DNA of 64,000 bases from Octopus sinensis (taxonomy: Eukaryota), in assembly GCF_006345805.1 (NCBI RefSeq), contig NC_042997.1:131254001-131318000 (forward strand). Reading direction: 5' to 3'. The notes under the pieces are model-generated. The model had not been told where the DNA came from, made no database searches, and was given only the letters and a program-made list of their open reading frames with translations. Made by a program: the position numbers and the translations under genes. Positions 47,741-59,315 of the stretch are shown piece by piece. Each line of letters opens with the position of its first letter. Position 1 is the first letter of the stretch.

Positions 47741-47860
47741 GCAGAGCATTTAATTCTATATTATTACAAGGAACAGGTACCTGTGTTTTCTGAAGGGAAT
47801 TATCTCTCAGAGCTTGGTGTCTACATGAGGGACAAGTTGTCTCTCAACCACTTAATATGA
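47741..47860 (+). CDS. Candidate coding exon (36-nt exon to 47776, or read-through to the stop at 47860)
   Basis: Strong acceptor TTTTTTTTTGTTTCTTCTAG; AEHLILYYYKEQ|VPVFSEGNYLSELGVYMRDKLSLNHLI*; CAG|GTACCT donor. Confidence 0.4.
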   Translation, partial: AEHLILYYYKEQVPVFSEGNYLSELGVYMRDKLSLNHLI

Positions 47861-48425
47861 AATACACTGTGATTTTTTTATCTTTGCTTCTTCCACTTAT
47901 TATGTCTAGGTGCTGGTATAGCTGTGAGCATAAGTTTTCTTCCCAAACATGAAATTTTGGGTTCAGTCCCACTATGAGGCACCCCAGGAAAGTGTCTTTT
48001 ACCATACTTCCAGGCTGACCAAACTCATGCGAATGAATTTGGTAGACTGAAACTGAAGGAAGTCCATGTGTTGAGGGTGTGTGTGTATTTGTGATTTCGT
48101 ATATGTTTATACCACTTCTATTGACCTGTAAAACATCCAAATTATACAGTGAATTTCTAAAAAGAAGTGTGGGTGTGTCTGTGTGTGTGGTCATATATGT
48201 GCATGTGTATGCTCCATTTTTACCATATTATCAACATCATGCTGATTTCTGAAACATTACCTTCAGTTGTATTTCAGTTATACGGTCTCCTCAAATAATA
48301 TTACATTCTTAAAGGTGTAAATATAGTTGTGTGGTAAGAAGCTTGCTTCCCAACCATATGGTTTCAGGTTCAGTCCCACTACATGGCACCTTGGGCAAGT
48401 GTTTTCTATAACCTCAAGCCCATTG

Positions 48426-48481
<56 letters not shown>

Positions 48482-48544
48482 TATATACATATTAATATTA
48501 GGGAAGTTATTTCTGAGTCCACAGGGGAGAGAAGTTCAATTTAG

Positions 48545-49190
48545 TGGTACTAAAATGAATTACTCACTGTATTATATACATTTATATAGATAGGTTTATA
48601 GAAATATTAAAAGCTAAAATAAGACAAATCAATGAAAAATTAAATGTAAACATAAATTGAATTGCATATTTAATAAGATGAGATACCATTTGATTCTTTA
48701 GATAATAAATAAAACCCCAATTGATTTAAAATTAGGGTTTTATTTATTCATAATACTTAATCATAATATTTAATCATAATACTTAAATATAATGTATAAT
48801 CATATTTTATTATTTAATATAACTAGAATATATCTACCTATTTATATATAAATGTATGATAATATTAATTAACTTCTAATTTTGGATATTTTAGTTTCTT
48901 AATAAATTATAGTATATTAGATGGTATTATTCTAAATTTTTAATCGTAATTTAGAAACTCAATTTTAAGAATAACGTAAATGTTAAGAATAATAATATAA
49001 TCAATATATATTAAGTATATTATAATTATAAAAATAATAAAAAATTAGATTTTTACTGACTTTTACTTATTTCAAAATATTTTAAATATTTTAAAATTAT
49101 AAGTTGAGTAATTTAGTTCACCTATTTACCAACCTAAAAATTTATTATTTATCAAAGTTAACATTTAAATAAAATAAATTAACCAAGGAA
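48545..49190 (+). other. Extremely AT-rich island, possible old NUMT of the mitochondrial tRNA cluster/control region
   Basis: tRNA-Cys-like anticodon arm TTGAA-TTGCATA-TTTAA (48657-48673), Gln-like loop TTTTGGA (48880-48886), Tyr-like arm (48937-48956), 14-bp hairpin, 13-bp tandem repeats. Confidence 0.4.
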
Positions 49191-50605
49191 AAAAAAAAAG
49201 AGAATTCCCATCATGCACTCACTTCTGGCTTCTCCTGATTTATTATATTATTATAAATAATAGAGCCTTTTAAGAACTTTTAAATGTTAAGAATGATCTC
49301 CCCCTAAAAGTAGCTCTGAATGTTGGATTATACAATTGCTGGTAGCCATGTTTAATTCACGGAGAGAAAGTTACCATACAGATAAGTTAACATTTCTTTT
49401 TACTAACATTTCTTTTTCCTATTTTTATTCCACATTTCTGTTCATTATTTACTAAAGTAAAATTATTCCAACATCTTCTAGTTATATAATTTTAGTTTGG
49501 ATGTGAATAGCAAAATAAGTTCATATATGCTAGACCTGAAGATTGGCAATATAGTCGTTTTAATATGGTATTGTATTTAGAGACATTCTACTTCTGCAAT
49601 ATAGAGGAATAGGTTGTCATGAAACATGCATAGTAAAGTATATGATTTGAAATAAGAATTGAAGGTATTAATTTTGATAATTTGGAATAATAATTGTAGG
49701 TATTAATTTTGATAATTTTAATATTTAGTCCTATATGTACCTATTGTGGATAATGTCATTCAATGATGATTGAGTTAAACCTACCTACCTATCTATCTAT
49801 CTATATAAAGTGTGTGTCTGTGTTTGTCCCCCATCACTGCTTGACAACTAGTGTTGGTGTGTTTTCATCCCTGTAACTTAGCAGTTCAGTGAAAAAGATC
49901 AATAGAATAAGTACCAGTCTTTAGAAAAACATGTACTGGAGTCAATTCATTTGACTAAAAATTCTTCAAGGTGATTCTCCCAGTTGTCTGGTTTTGAGCT
50001 CAGTCCCACTGCATGACACCTCAGGTTGACTACAGCCATGTGAATAGATTTGGTTGATGGAAACGGAAAGAAGCCTGATGTGCAAATGTGCATAAGTGTG
50101 TGTGTGTAAAATGTGTCTATGCGCATGTTTGTGTGAATGAGTTTGCATTTCTTCAAGTCTTCACATATTTGCTTATTAAACAATGATGGTGTCATTTGCT
50201 TGCAATCCACTGCAAAAACATGTCTGGGCTTCTCAACATGTTTGACATGTTTGATCATTGTAAACAAAACAAAAAAAAAATCATTCAAATGGTATCTTTT
50301 ATTCCAAGTTCTCCACATAACCATGTGCAGGCTCTGTTTGTTTGACTGGGAGATTATTACCTTATTTGGAAATGGGTGTCAGTTAACATCATTAAGGGCA
50401 TTTGGCTATAGGAAAGTCTGTTCCACCAGACTCTTGTCTGACCTATACAAGCATGGAACAGTAGAAAATGTTAAAACAAATGAGATTTTCATACTTGGTG
50501 AATGTGATTCATCATATTTCTGGATAGCTCTTCTCAAATAGAAAAAGAATAGTTTTAAGGCCATCTGACCACATTACTGATTGAATGTGCTTTTAAATTA
50601 AACGA

Positions 50606-50980
50606 GGTGTAGGAGTGGTTGTGTAGTAAGTAGCTTGCTTATGAACCACATGGTTCAGGGTTCGGTCCCACTGTGTGGCACCTTGGGCAAGTGTCTTCTA
50701 CTATAGCCTCAGGCCGACCAAAGCCTTGTGAGTGGATTTGATAGACGGAAACTGAAAGAAGCCCTTCGTATGTGTGTGTGTGTGTGTTTGTTTGTCCCCC
50801 CAACATCGATTGACAACCGATACTGGTGTGTTTATGTCACCGTAACTTAACGGTTCGGCAAAAGAGAGCGATAGAATAAGTACTAGGCTTCCAAAGAATA
50901 AGTCCTGGGGTCGATTTGCTCGACTAAAAGGCGGTGCTCCAGCATGGCCACAGCCAAATGACTGAAACAAGTAAAAGAGT
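50606..50980 (+). mobile_element. Main SINE family A copy
   Basis: Full-length pattern. Confidence 0.9.
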
Positions 50981-51769
50981 ACCTTTACTTGGAATGATAG
51001 GCCCGAAGCAAACCCTGAGTAGAGGGCATGTCATTGATGAGGTTGTGAATGGTGACAAAAGGATTTGACAAATCTAGCTGATTGATTGGTTGACTGAATG
51101 ATTAATCAGACAGTTAATTAGTTAAGTGGCAAATGTTTAATCAATTAACTTAATTATATCAAAAGTGAAATAAAACCAGTGCATGTTTTTATTATTGGCA
51201 TAATGACCCTTCTAAGTTACTACAAAATATCTTTGCTTAGTTTGGTTTTGAATAAAATTACATTTGATGAAGTTGTATGGAGATTTGCTTGTATGTACGC
51301 ATGTTAAACTCAACATGAATACTAGTAGCTCTGGGTTAAATACTAAACTTAGTTAATGCTTCTATTTATAGGTCATTGCTACTCTATATTCAACAATGTC
51401 TTACCTTACCATCATAGACTCTGCAACAATTGCAAAGAGAATTCCTCTTACAACTCAAAAAGGTATTTTTCATCTTCAGATCTTTCATATAAATTACCAC
51501 CCACAATGCACTGTTGTGTGCAGAAGTAGCAGCCTCTTTGAGGTTTCCTATTTCCTTGCTGTATCCTCTTCTATTACCACCTGGAACACAGGTGTTTACT
51601 TCATTTCCTGATATACAGCAACTTCAGCTGGAGATAAACAAACAGAATTGTCACGTCTACTTCTACTGTTTTTGTTCATGAGATATTTTACTCTAATATT
51701 CATAAATTATTAATGATTTTTAACACTTGTTTTGCTCTTCATGAAGCAACAGTAATATTTTTCCCATAG

Positions 51770-52160
51770 GTTTTATGTTCTGAGTTCAAATACTGCTGAA
51801 GTCGACTTTGCCTTTCATCCTTGATGATGGTGGTGGTTGTTGTTGTTAAGCAACAAGATGGGTAAGAGTGATTAGGTGATGGTCTAGGGCTTAGGGGCGG
51901 GAGACCCCAGACCTTGGGGAAAAAAAAGAAACTTTGGTCGTCTTGTTGTATTCGAGGGCTCTTTGTTGACGCCCGACACCACTGGGAGGTGGCCCTCGAA
52001 GTCGCTGAAAATGGAGATCTCCAGGTCCAAATTCTTGAACGGTTGGTGGTGGTGGTGGGGTCAATAAAATAAGTACCAGTCAAATACATGGATCAATGTA
52101 ATTGACTTATTCCCACCCTGGAAAATGCTGGCCTTGTGCCAAAATTTGAAACCAGTATTT
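51770..52160 (+). mobile_element. SINE family B copy interrupted by the ~200-bp element (51838-52043)
   Basis: Body split at CATCCTT|..|GGGGTC; insert flanked by TGGTGGTGGT. Confidence 0.8.
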
Positions 52161-55100
52161 TTACCATAGGTTCAAGCCCTAGGTCCTCCTTTACAGAATC
52201 CACATCACCTTTCCAACAACTATTTTTCTCAACACTGTCACTAATCACTTTTTTCCCTGTTTCCTGCCATACTCAGCCAGCTTTCCCTCTTACCATTCTC
52301 TTACCCTCTATCAAGGATCATCACCACTCTCTTCGATTCTCCTTCAGTTATAGGGGCCACTGTAGGCCTTTAGAAAATTAAAAGGTGGTCATTTCTAGTG
52401 TTGGTACCACAAAAAAATTTCACCCAGTACACTCTGTAAAGTGGCTGATGTTAGGAAGGGCATCCAGCTATAGAAACTATATCAATGAAGATATGAGTGC
52501 ATGCAACAGTCCTCCAAATTGGCAGACCCTGTGAAACCTGAAACCATCAAACACAAGTATAGAAGCTGAACACTAAATAATAAGGATAATAATGTACAAG
52601 ATCCCTTTTACAACTCTAAAAATGAATCACCAAATTCACTGTATTAAAAAATTTAAGACAATAAAAATATCTTTTTTTGTCCTCACCACCAAAATTAGAA
52701 AAGATGTGCAACTGGTGTTCTTTCTTCTTCTTTGAATCAGGACTCATGCCATTAGCCACAAAGAATAATTTCTAATTCAAGCCTACTCTAAGCTACTAAG
52801 AATGCGTGTGGCAACTTGAAGATCCACCCACTACACGCAATAAACTAGCGGTTGCACGGGCGCGAAAGCTACATTGTTATCCTCATTCCGTAAACGGTGG
52901 CTTTTAATGGGTGGAGAGCTGAGTCATCCTGGGGTACAGAGGATATTGCGCCTCCACTGCACCTGGTGTTCTAGTGATATGTATGGCAAATAATTTTGCA
53001 TCACATTAGAAATGATATTTTGGGCACTACTGTACTTAACAGAATTGATACATCTATACATAATAGATAGGTTACTTACATCAGTAATGTAAAGGAGGTG
53101 AAGATAACCCTAAAGGGAATAGAACTCAGAACAACATGGCACCAAATCATATAATTCTTCACAGTGCCCCACCCCACCTCCCTTTTTTATTGTATATCAA
53201 TTTCCCAACCTGAGTCTAAGAAAATATTAATGTTATGCAACACTTCACTGACTTATACCTGAATGAAAGAACAAATAATAAAAAAGCATAGTTGAAATTT
53301 ACTATTCTGATGCCATGTGTTAGAATGATAAGGTTACTTCAGCTTAAATAAACTTGATTATTTACCAAAACAAAAAAGTATGTATGGTGCCAAATATTTA
53401 TCTATTTATTTTCTTTTTACTACTTAAAATATGAACCTTCAAATTTACTGTACCAAGAAACTTAGGATAATAAAAATAATTGAAAAGTAAATTTTTTTTT
53501 TACAGAGAATTTTAGAAAAACTGGTCCAACCATGCCAGCATGGAAGACATGTTAAATGATAATGATAAAAGTGCATCTTATATCCATCCTAGTGGCAAAT
53601 ATGGTAACCAACTTTGCATCACATTTAGAGATTGCTTTTGGACATCGCTGTACAATTATCTTTAGAACGTCTTTCATTGGTCCTCAACTCCTAATGCTGC
53701 TGTTGTGATATGTTTTGGGCATTTTAAAAGATCTGAACATGGCTAATTTCTTCCATACAAAGAGAAGAATCAAACCTGACAGGACTAAAGATACAGCTGA
53801 TCTTGGCTGAATATGAACTCTGAGTGCAAAGAGTAAGGATGACCGCTCTAACAATTATTGCCCTAAAAACCAATCGGTAGTGGTCAAAATAGAAATTCTA
53901 TACTTCTCCCCTTTTCCTTCACCAGTTTCTTTTGGCTGCTATGAACCTGACTTGAAGAACAAGACATCTCATCCCCAGAATGCAATCATATTACAAACAA
54001 ACTGAGTTGTTACTGGTCTTGTTTAACATCAGGTTAATAGCTCTGATCCGGCAGACCTATGGTCAATGACATTTCATCCATAGTGCCATCATACTTTCCT
54101 TTTTGTAGTGTATCTTGGACTGCATTATATAATGTTTGTTCTTTATGATTGAGGGAGATTTGTTTGCTATTCTCAGCAAGGAGAATAACCACTTCATCTG
54201 ACAGCAACAAACGTAATCTAAATGCAAAGCAGTTTCTTCCTTCCATTTTTTTTTTCTTATTTTTTGATAAATAGATTAAAATTTTATTTAATCTGTTCTT
54301 TGACATGTCATTCAAGCCTCTAAACTGATAAAAAACAACTTTCTCTTATTTATCAGAAGTGGTGACACAAAACATTTTGTTATGAAATCCACAATGCTCT
54401 AATTTAACAAATCTGTTTTTTTTCCCACCGACTTTAATGAGATGGGAGAGACCAACACTGTAATCAACGAAATCTGAGTATATAATATTGAAAGAAATAC
54501 AAAAATATCAACGACCGTTTATATGAATTGTTTGTGTATTGGTTGATCCGCTGAAGAAAGTTTACATTTTTTTAGGATGGTATGCAGGAATGGTTTACAG
54601 TAGTTATTGTAGCTAGATGTAATCTTTTGAAACTTTGTACTAGATGTACTTACTGAGGAGGGTGTTCAGTTGTAACAAGACTGTAACCAGGACTTTCAAT
54701 AGTTTTCCTAGTAAAAGTGAAATTGTTTGAAGTTAGTGGAATAAAATATTTTAAAAATGTACTGTAATGTGTGTAAATAAATATACAATCTGATATTGAA
54801 TTTATCAATAATACTCATAAACCTCATCATAATGTTTTATTTTATCAGCTTTAGATGGGTTGCATGGATTTACAATGATATCTTTTTAGTACTTTTCTTT
54901 TTGTTTCCTTTCACCAAATTTGTGGCCTCATACTTATGTCAGAAATCAATATTTTTATTTTGAATTTCAACTATTTCAATCTAACAACTGATGCCAAGCT
55001 GTCTTTGAACTATATCTACTCCATAGAACATTTATAATCATTTTTCAGTACATTCTTACCCAGCATGCATCATCTATTCACATTATATATGAATTGTAAC

Positions 55101-56869
55101 AAGAAGTGCATTCATAGAGATAAAATGCTGTACATATGGCATCATGAAGCTTGAGGAAAAGCTGTTTGGTTGATTAACACAAAAATACAATATTCAGTAT
55201 TATGCATCACAAATTCATAAAAAGAAAATTTCAGTTGCATTAGTTTAAACCACTTCTAATTATGAACTACAGAGTTATTCATTGATTGTTTTGAAGAGGA
55301 AAATGTTAACTGCTGTTCATGGAAACAAGCAAGGTCTGTAGCATTTTGACAGCATCTAGGTTGACTTAAGTGCATTTACAATAAATTCTTTTCAAATCAA
55401 AATGCATACAGTTTTAAATTATACATTTTTGCTGTATCGTATAGTGAAGATGCATAGCGCAGTGGTTAGTGTTTGGCAAACAACTATAATGTCAAGGGAT
55501 CATTTTTCTAAATGTCTTTGCTCCCTTTTTATGTTGTGGTGTGATTTGAGGGAGATTTAGTTGTTATTCCTAGCAGATAGAACGACCATGTAGAGACTAT
55601 TTCCTTGACTCATAAGCTGATTAATCTTAGCTTTTTCTAATGCTGGCCCCTAACCTTCCCAGCAAAAGTTGTCCCTTTTTTCCTAATTCAAAATGAAATA
55701 TTAAGGTGGTTTACACTTCCATTTGAAATGTTGGTAATTTCAAAATCTTTGCTTGCCCAGGTTTTGTCAACACACACCACACACACGCATGCATGCACAC
55801 ACGCACACATGTGTGTGTGTGTGTGTGTATGGCTGTGTGGTTGTTTTCTTCCCAATGCACACTGTGTGTATGTCTCCAAGTCTTGACATTGCACAATAGT
55901 AATAAGTGTTACTACCATATCAAATTTAATTATCTGTAGAAACCTGTCCAGCTGTAAGGAAATATGAGTTGCTTGAGAATGGATGAAAACTGGCAGCAGG
56001 AAAGACATCCAGTCATAGAAAAATCTACCACTATGAATTCCAACTACCCTATGCAAACATGTTAAAATACAAACACAGAAAGATGTTAAAATACAAACAC
56101 AGAAAGATGAGAGAGAGAGAGAGTTGAGATATTTTGTTACCAAAAATGGTAGAAATGCAGTGGTATTCATGGAAGACTTCTTTTATATTCTAAGTGAATG
56201 TTTAAGTAGTTTCGTAGTGAAATATGAACAGTTTTTGCCATTCTTTTGAAGCTTTATTCCAGCATCTTACAGTGATAATACCAGAAGAATAAATATCCAT
56301 TATTAATGTTTGACCTCGGGTTAGTTCCCTAATCAAGCATTCTTGTGATCAAAAGCTTTCTAGCTGTGACCATGCAGCCTTGTTTTCAAGTATAGAATAT
56401 TCAGGACTACATTATCAAATCTGTCCTTTAAGACAGCAAAGGTGTATAGGGTTTAAGGGGGATTTTACAGTAATTTTTAGAGTGACATGCATACATGTAG
56501 AAATTCTCTGATTAGCTCACATTGTCTGATAATTTGAATGTGTTAAAGAAGTCAATATAATCTACAAATGTTAGATAATACAAGATTTTAGATAATCTAT
56601 AATAATACTACAAAATCGATTGTTTACAATCAATAATAGATGTCATTGTTTAAGTGCTGTCATAGCTTGGCAGTTGCTGACATGCTTCTCCTTTGTCTCC
56701 CTGTTGCTGTCTGTCTGTTTGTCTGTCTGTCTCTATCTGGTGCTTTTAATGTCTCTGGCAAATACATTTGCAGGTGCATGCACACATGCAAAGCACATGC
56801 TGAACATACTTCCCCTTGTATGTGCTTTTGCACTTGTAACTCATGCACACTTTCTCTTTGTATCTTTGC

Positions 56870-57260
56870 ACCCCCTTTCAATTCCCTCCCCCAACTGCCT
56901 TCCTATTCACTTAACCTTCCCCTCGCTTATACTACCCTCACTTAACCTACCCTTTCATTCTTACACCCCACTCCCATTCCAACCCCACCCTTTCTCTTCT
57001 GCTCTCTCACTCCTCAATTCTATCTTGCATCCACCCAATTTCAGTTCCCTTATAATCTAATCTTTCCCATTCAGACTCTCATGCCATTCTATTTTTTATA
57101 CCAATGTCCCCTACTCTATTGCCCCACCATTAGTTTCCCTCTCTATCCCTTATCTTTATTTACTCTGTCCCCTACTCCTTTTGTCTTCCCTTCTCTCCCC
57201 ACCTATTCAATCACCCATCTCCTTATCCTCCTACTCTTTCTTTACCCTACTGTCTCTCAT
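56870..57260 (+). repeat. CT-rich low-complexity tract
   Basis: Predominantly C/T; explains ORFs 56620-57263. Confidence 0.8.
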
Positions 57261-58348
57261 TAAGATGTGTGTGTGCGTGATAGAAAGGAAGATATCATAT
57301 CCATTCTTGGCAATAGTGAAACAAAAATAAATCTAAAATCTAAACTAATGAAAAAGGTTTAACAAGTGTAAAATTGGTTTTTAACCAACTTACTGTATGT
57401 CAGTAATGATTTGACTTGTATAAAACAGAAATACATGAAGGGAATACCAGCTGTCTCAGTCTTATTGATAGCATCAGTTGTCTTCATGTTATTTCCTTAA
57501 CATAGTCAGGTAAGGCTGTGTGGGCGAGCAGTTTACTTTGCAAGCACAAAAATATAGGATTCATTCTTCTGTGTAACTCCTTGGGTAACTATCTTTTGGG
57601 TTGCTTTAAGCCTTGTGAATGAAATTTTTATGGAAACTAGACAGAAGCCTATTTTGAGTGTGTCTGTCTACATGCATGTTTGTATGTGCATGCCTGTACA
57701 CATGTCTCTGTGCATGTCTGTGAGTCTGTCTGGGGGAACCAGATCTGTATTTACGTTAGTATCCCTTTATGTTCTGTAACTTAATAGTTTATCAAACAGA
57801 GATTGATAAAATAAGTACCAAGCTGGAATAAGTACTAGGAGTTGATCTTATAGAATAAACCCTTGACGGTTACGTCCTTGAATGGCTGCAGCTTAATAAT
57901 GACTTAAGCCAGAGACTGACTAGTAACTGAGACCCTGCTTAAGAGGACCCGTCAAGCCAAGTGCACCCATGCTGGTGGCATGTAAAAAATCAACCTCTGA
58001 GCATTGGGCCTCATGAAGGCAAAGTGGCTGAGCTCCTAGGCCTCATGGAGGAAAGGTGGTTATGTTCCTTTCGAGTGTTGGGCCTCACGGAGGTGAAGTG
58101 GCTCAGTTACTTTCAAATGGGCCTTTGAGTGTTGGGCCTCATGGTGGCAATGACCAAATTTTAAAATTTCAGGGAAATAAGCCATTGTTTTTGATTGAAG
58201 TCTTTAGTAAAATTTGTTCTACCCAAGTTTCACAGACAATTTTTCATAATACACTTTGTAAACCATTGTAAATGCAGTGACCCAGTTATTGGTCCATCAG
58301 AAACCTGTAATCAACTCTGCAGCTATACAAGAAGTGCAATATTAAATA

Positions 58349-58709
58349 AACATGAGCACTCAGAGAGCACAAACCTCCACCAAGGCAACACCAACATCCT
58401 CTCAATGATTAGCCAGAGATGATTTTGAAAACGAGAATATCTGAAATTAAACTTGACTGCTCTCGCAAGTGAGAATACTAAAAATGAACCCGACCGCTCT
58501 CAAAAATTAAATAAAAAAATATGGAAAAATAATCCAGATTCCTTGTCCGGTGCCAAGTCGATCCCAAAATCTAATCAGTTTGTGCCAGTTATAAGGTCAA
58601 ACATCTCTGAAAGTTTCATCCAAATCCATCCTGCGGTTCTTGAGATATCTTGCCCACAAACAAACACAACTGAAAACAGTACCTCTGCCTTCAATAAGGC
58701 AGATGTAAT
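58349..58709 (+). mobile_element. HINE/Helentron-like element
   Basis: AACATGAGCACTCAGAGAGCACAAACCTCCACCAAGG start; 3' hairpin CCTCTGCCTT-CAAT-AAGGCAGATGTAAT. Confidence 0.7.
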
Positions 58710-58944
58710 ATATACAGTTGACATTTCAATTTCTCTTTGTTTCTTTTAAAAAAAATTAAGGAAAAAGACCATTTTAGTTGCATGTCAGCCCTGGCAGAGC
58801 TATAATCAGAAACATTCCAGCTGTGACTTTTGTATATCAGGAACTTAGTTGCACAATGTTTTGGGCTGTCTGATATCATTTGAATTAAGATAAAAAATAT
58901 TTTATGGCTTTGTGAAGCTCTTTTCTTTCTCTACAACTTCCATT

Positions 58945-59315
58945 TATTACATCCGCCTTAGTGAAGGCGGGGCTATTGTTTCCAGTCATGTTTGTTTGTT
59001 TGTTTTGTCCGTGGACAAGATATCTCAAGAACCCGTGGATGAAATCAGATGAATCTTTCAGGGATGTTTGGACTCGTGACAGGCACGAACTAATTAGATT
59101 TGGGATTAATCTGGTACCAGGCAAGGATTCTGGATTATTTTTCCTGTTTTTTGCTTAATTTTTGAGAGTGGTTGGGTTCACTTTTAATATTCTTGCTTGT
59201 GAGAACAGTTGAGTTTATTTCAGATATTCTCATTTTAAAAATCACCTCAGGCTAATCATTGAAAGGACATTGGTGTCACCTTGGCAGAGGTTTGGCCTCT
59301 CTGAGTGCTCTTGTT
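58945..59315 (-). mobile_element. HINE/Helentron-like element, same family, opposite orientation
   Basis: Reverse complement of the 58349-58709 pattern (..CTCTGAGTGCTCTTGTT; ATTACATCCGCCTTAGTGAAGGCGG). Confidence 0.75.
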
